From the IMG/VR virus record IMGVR_UViG_3300022602_000025: DNA of 64,000 nt. One strand, 5' to 3'. Shown piece by piece: positions 62,418-64,000 of the stretch (positions within the stretch are counted from its first letter, which is position 1; every line of letters starts with the position of its first letter). The translations under genes were made by a program, and so were the position numbers. This stretch comes from a virus (lineage: Duplodnaviria; Caudoviricetes). Below the pieces are notes generated by a model. The model saw nothing but the letters and a program-made list of their open reading frames with translations, had not been told where the DNA came from and made no database searches.

Positions 62418-62942
62418 GTTCTCAAGGAACTTGTCTGGATAGATGCGCCAGACAGTTTGATCTGTGTTACGATAATTCATTTCGCATACTCTTTCTGCGA
62501 TACCTAACTTGGCCAGTGTAGGAAAATAATGTCTGTGTACTAGACGTTGACTGGCAACTGTGCTTTCGTTGCTGGTAGCATACAATTCTCCTTTGGCCCA
62601 CTCAATACACGTTGGTAACAAGAATTGATCTGTTAAGTTCTGATGTTCAGCAATTAGTTTCTTAGTAGTAATAAGTCCGCCGTTAGGTCTTGCATCTCCA
62701 AACGTACATGTACGTGCAAGCACACGATAAGCATTAGGACCCATCTCTGGAAATGAATGTGCCGCGACAGATCCTACAGCACGATCATCTTGATACAAAA
62801 TCCAAACAGCCCACTCACGTTCATTCTTAAAACAATCTATCATTGCCTTTTGACTAGAGTTATTAGCAAAGCCTCTACGTTCTGCTTCTGCATAAAACTC
62901 CGTTAAGCGTAACGGCTGTGTCCACTGTATGACTTTATACAT
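62391..62942 (-). CDS. GNAT-like acyltransferase
   Basis: W.LY.DD.AVG.VAAH, YRV.ARTC pattern; start at ATG 62942. Confidence 0.5.
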   Translation of the reverse strand: MYKVIQWTQPLRLTEFYAEAERRGFANNSSQKAMIDCFKNEREWAVWILYQDDRAVGSVAAHSFPEMGPNAYRVLARTCTFGDARPNGGLITTKKLIAEHQNLTDQFLLPTCIEWAKGELYATSNESTVASQRLVHRHYFPTLAKLGIAERVCEMNYRNTDQTVWRIYPDKFLENLERYPRWI

Positions 62943-63627
62943 AGATCTCTTTGGCACGCTCGATAAACTCTTTAGGATAGTCTGCACTAAAACTATTAAA
63001 GGCCAGCATCTGTATATCTTTAATAGGTGCAGGCTTATCCCAATCTATGCCCATAGCATCAGAATGTTTCTTAAGTTCTATCCTGCGGCCTTCGCTAATA
63101 TGACTAAGGAAACTGTTTACTGTAATAGGTGCTTCTTTATCATCATAGGTAAAGAAGTAGTTGATGCTCTTTAACTTTCCGTCTACAATAAAATAACTGT
63201 TAGGATGTAGACTAATCTTATACCATCCCAAGTCTTTGTGTGCTTGTAAGATAGCCAGCATCTGTTCTTGCCAATCTGGTAATACCGCATCAAAGTCGCA
63301 AGCTCTGTTCAAGCTACGTTGCCATAGATCAGGTCCATCTATTTCTAAATAGATCTTACGTTCTGGAACATTTACTTCGCGGATCTTAGGAACCATATCT
63401 GGATTGTGCCATGCCATGTTAGATAAGAAGTGCATCTCACGTTGCCATTTATCTTTCATTAGTGCAGGATCTACTTGGTTCATACCTTTGTGATATTCGC
63501 TATCATTATTAAACCATTGACAAAATACTGTTTTGTCTTTGTTTACCAAACTGGTATAAACTAAGTTGTTTCTCCAGGGCTCGCCCCCAGGTATTTGATT
63601 GTAGTAGTATTCAAAGTTGTCTTGCAT
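62935..63627 (-). CDS. Protein kinase-like fold protein (atypical), paralog of 53067
   Basis: WQRE, MVPKI..V, W.EQM..IL, YKISLHPN, LKSINY; TAATTA-N5-ATG. Confidence 0.55.
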   Translation of the reverse strand: MQDNFEYYYNQIPGGEPWRNNLVYTSLVNKDKTVFCQWFNNDSEYHKGMNQVDPALMKDKWQREMHFLSNMAWHNPDMVPKIREVNVPERKIYLEIDGPDLWQRSLNRACDFDAVLPDWQEQMLAILQAHKDLGWYKISLHPNSYFIVDGKLKSINYFFTYDDKEAPITVNSFLSHISEGRRIELKKHSDAMGIDWDKPAPIKDIQMLAFNSFSADYPKEFIERAKEIYV

Positions 63628-63654
63628 ACCCTTAATTATAGCATAAGTACGTGC

Positions 63655-64000
63655 ATGATACGCGGAATTGGCGGAAAGCCCTACATCAGTTTAGACGAAC
63701 ATCTTGATATACAAGGATTTGTAGATCTGCATCCAGAAATATGCAGAGGCTTTGCGTTGGCCAGAGATTATGCTAAAGAAGGCACATGGATGAAACCTGG
63801 CTTTGATTGGAAAGACGCTAGCTATACAGTCAATTGGAAACCTATCTATAAAGCTGTTGAAGAATATCTGGCATTACCTACTGAACATCCTATTCGTAAG
63901 AATGGTGATGACTTATACTTTACTGACCTAAGTGATTTTAAGAATCGCAATACATTTACCAGATATCTAAAAAGCGTACTAGGTGCAAGCGATCCTTACA
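63655..64000 (+). CDS. Hypothetical protein, truncated by window end
   Basis: TAAGTA-N5-ATG; hand-translated MIRGIGGKPYISLDEHLDIQGF... open to 64000. Confidence 0.7.
   Translation, partial: MIRGIGGKPYISLDEHLDIQGFVDLHPEICRGFALARDYAKEGTWMKPGFDWKDASYTVNWKPIYKAVEEYLALPTEHPIRKNGDDLYFTDLSDFKNRNTFTRYLKSVLGASDPY

Noticed and set aside
1-64000. Stop-codon reassignment (as in some jumbo phages)
   Set aside because: Conserved genes (terL, uvsX, uvsW, helicase, rSAMs) are full length in code 11, and TAA, TAG and TGA all end genes
1-64000. Host chromosome or prophage context
   Set aside because: No integrase, att site, rRNA or bacterial housekeeping operon; gene content and T4-type late promoters are phage throughout

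Overview
This 64-kb window comes from a large lytic T4-like (myovirus or jumbo-type) bacteriophage read in the standard genetic code. It has four blocks. (1) 0.1-13 kb: virion morphogenesis (tail sheath, tail tube, gp4-like head-completion nuclease, large terminase, putative internal head proteins). (2) 13-27 kb: T4-like replication and recombination genes (gp32-like SSB, UvsX, UvsY, UvsW, gp62-like clamp-loader subunit, primase, gp41-like helicase), plus a ~188-aa miniature DnaE-like protein that keeps the family-C catalytic motifs. (3) 28-41 kb: a GC-richer, mostly minus-strand early block of small genes. It carries 18 near-consensus sigma70 promoters, two repeated palindromic boxes and a tRNA-Ile2(CAU). 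Many genes here end inside the next promoter. (4) 40-64 kb: a tailoring-enzyme region with 7 radical SAM/Twitch proteins, 2OG/cupin hydroxylases, SDRs, an epimerase, a methyltransferase, a GNAT, a PLP enzyme, a PP-loop ATPase, a sulfotransferase-like protein, nucleotidyltransferases, a glycosyltransferase and two kinase-fold proteins. Its operon heads have late-type promoters. Across the window, 14 genes have the late-promoter core TAAATA 4-6 nt before ATG with no Shine-Dalgarno, which implies leaderless late mRNAs. All calls come from reading motifs by eye. No database searches or folding calculations were run.
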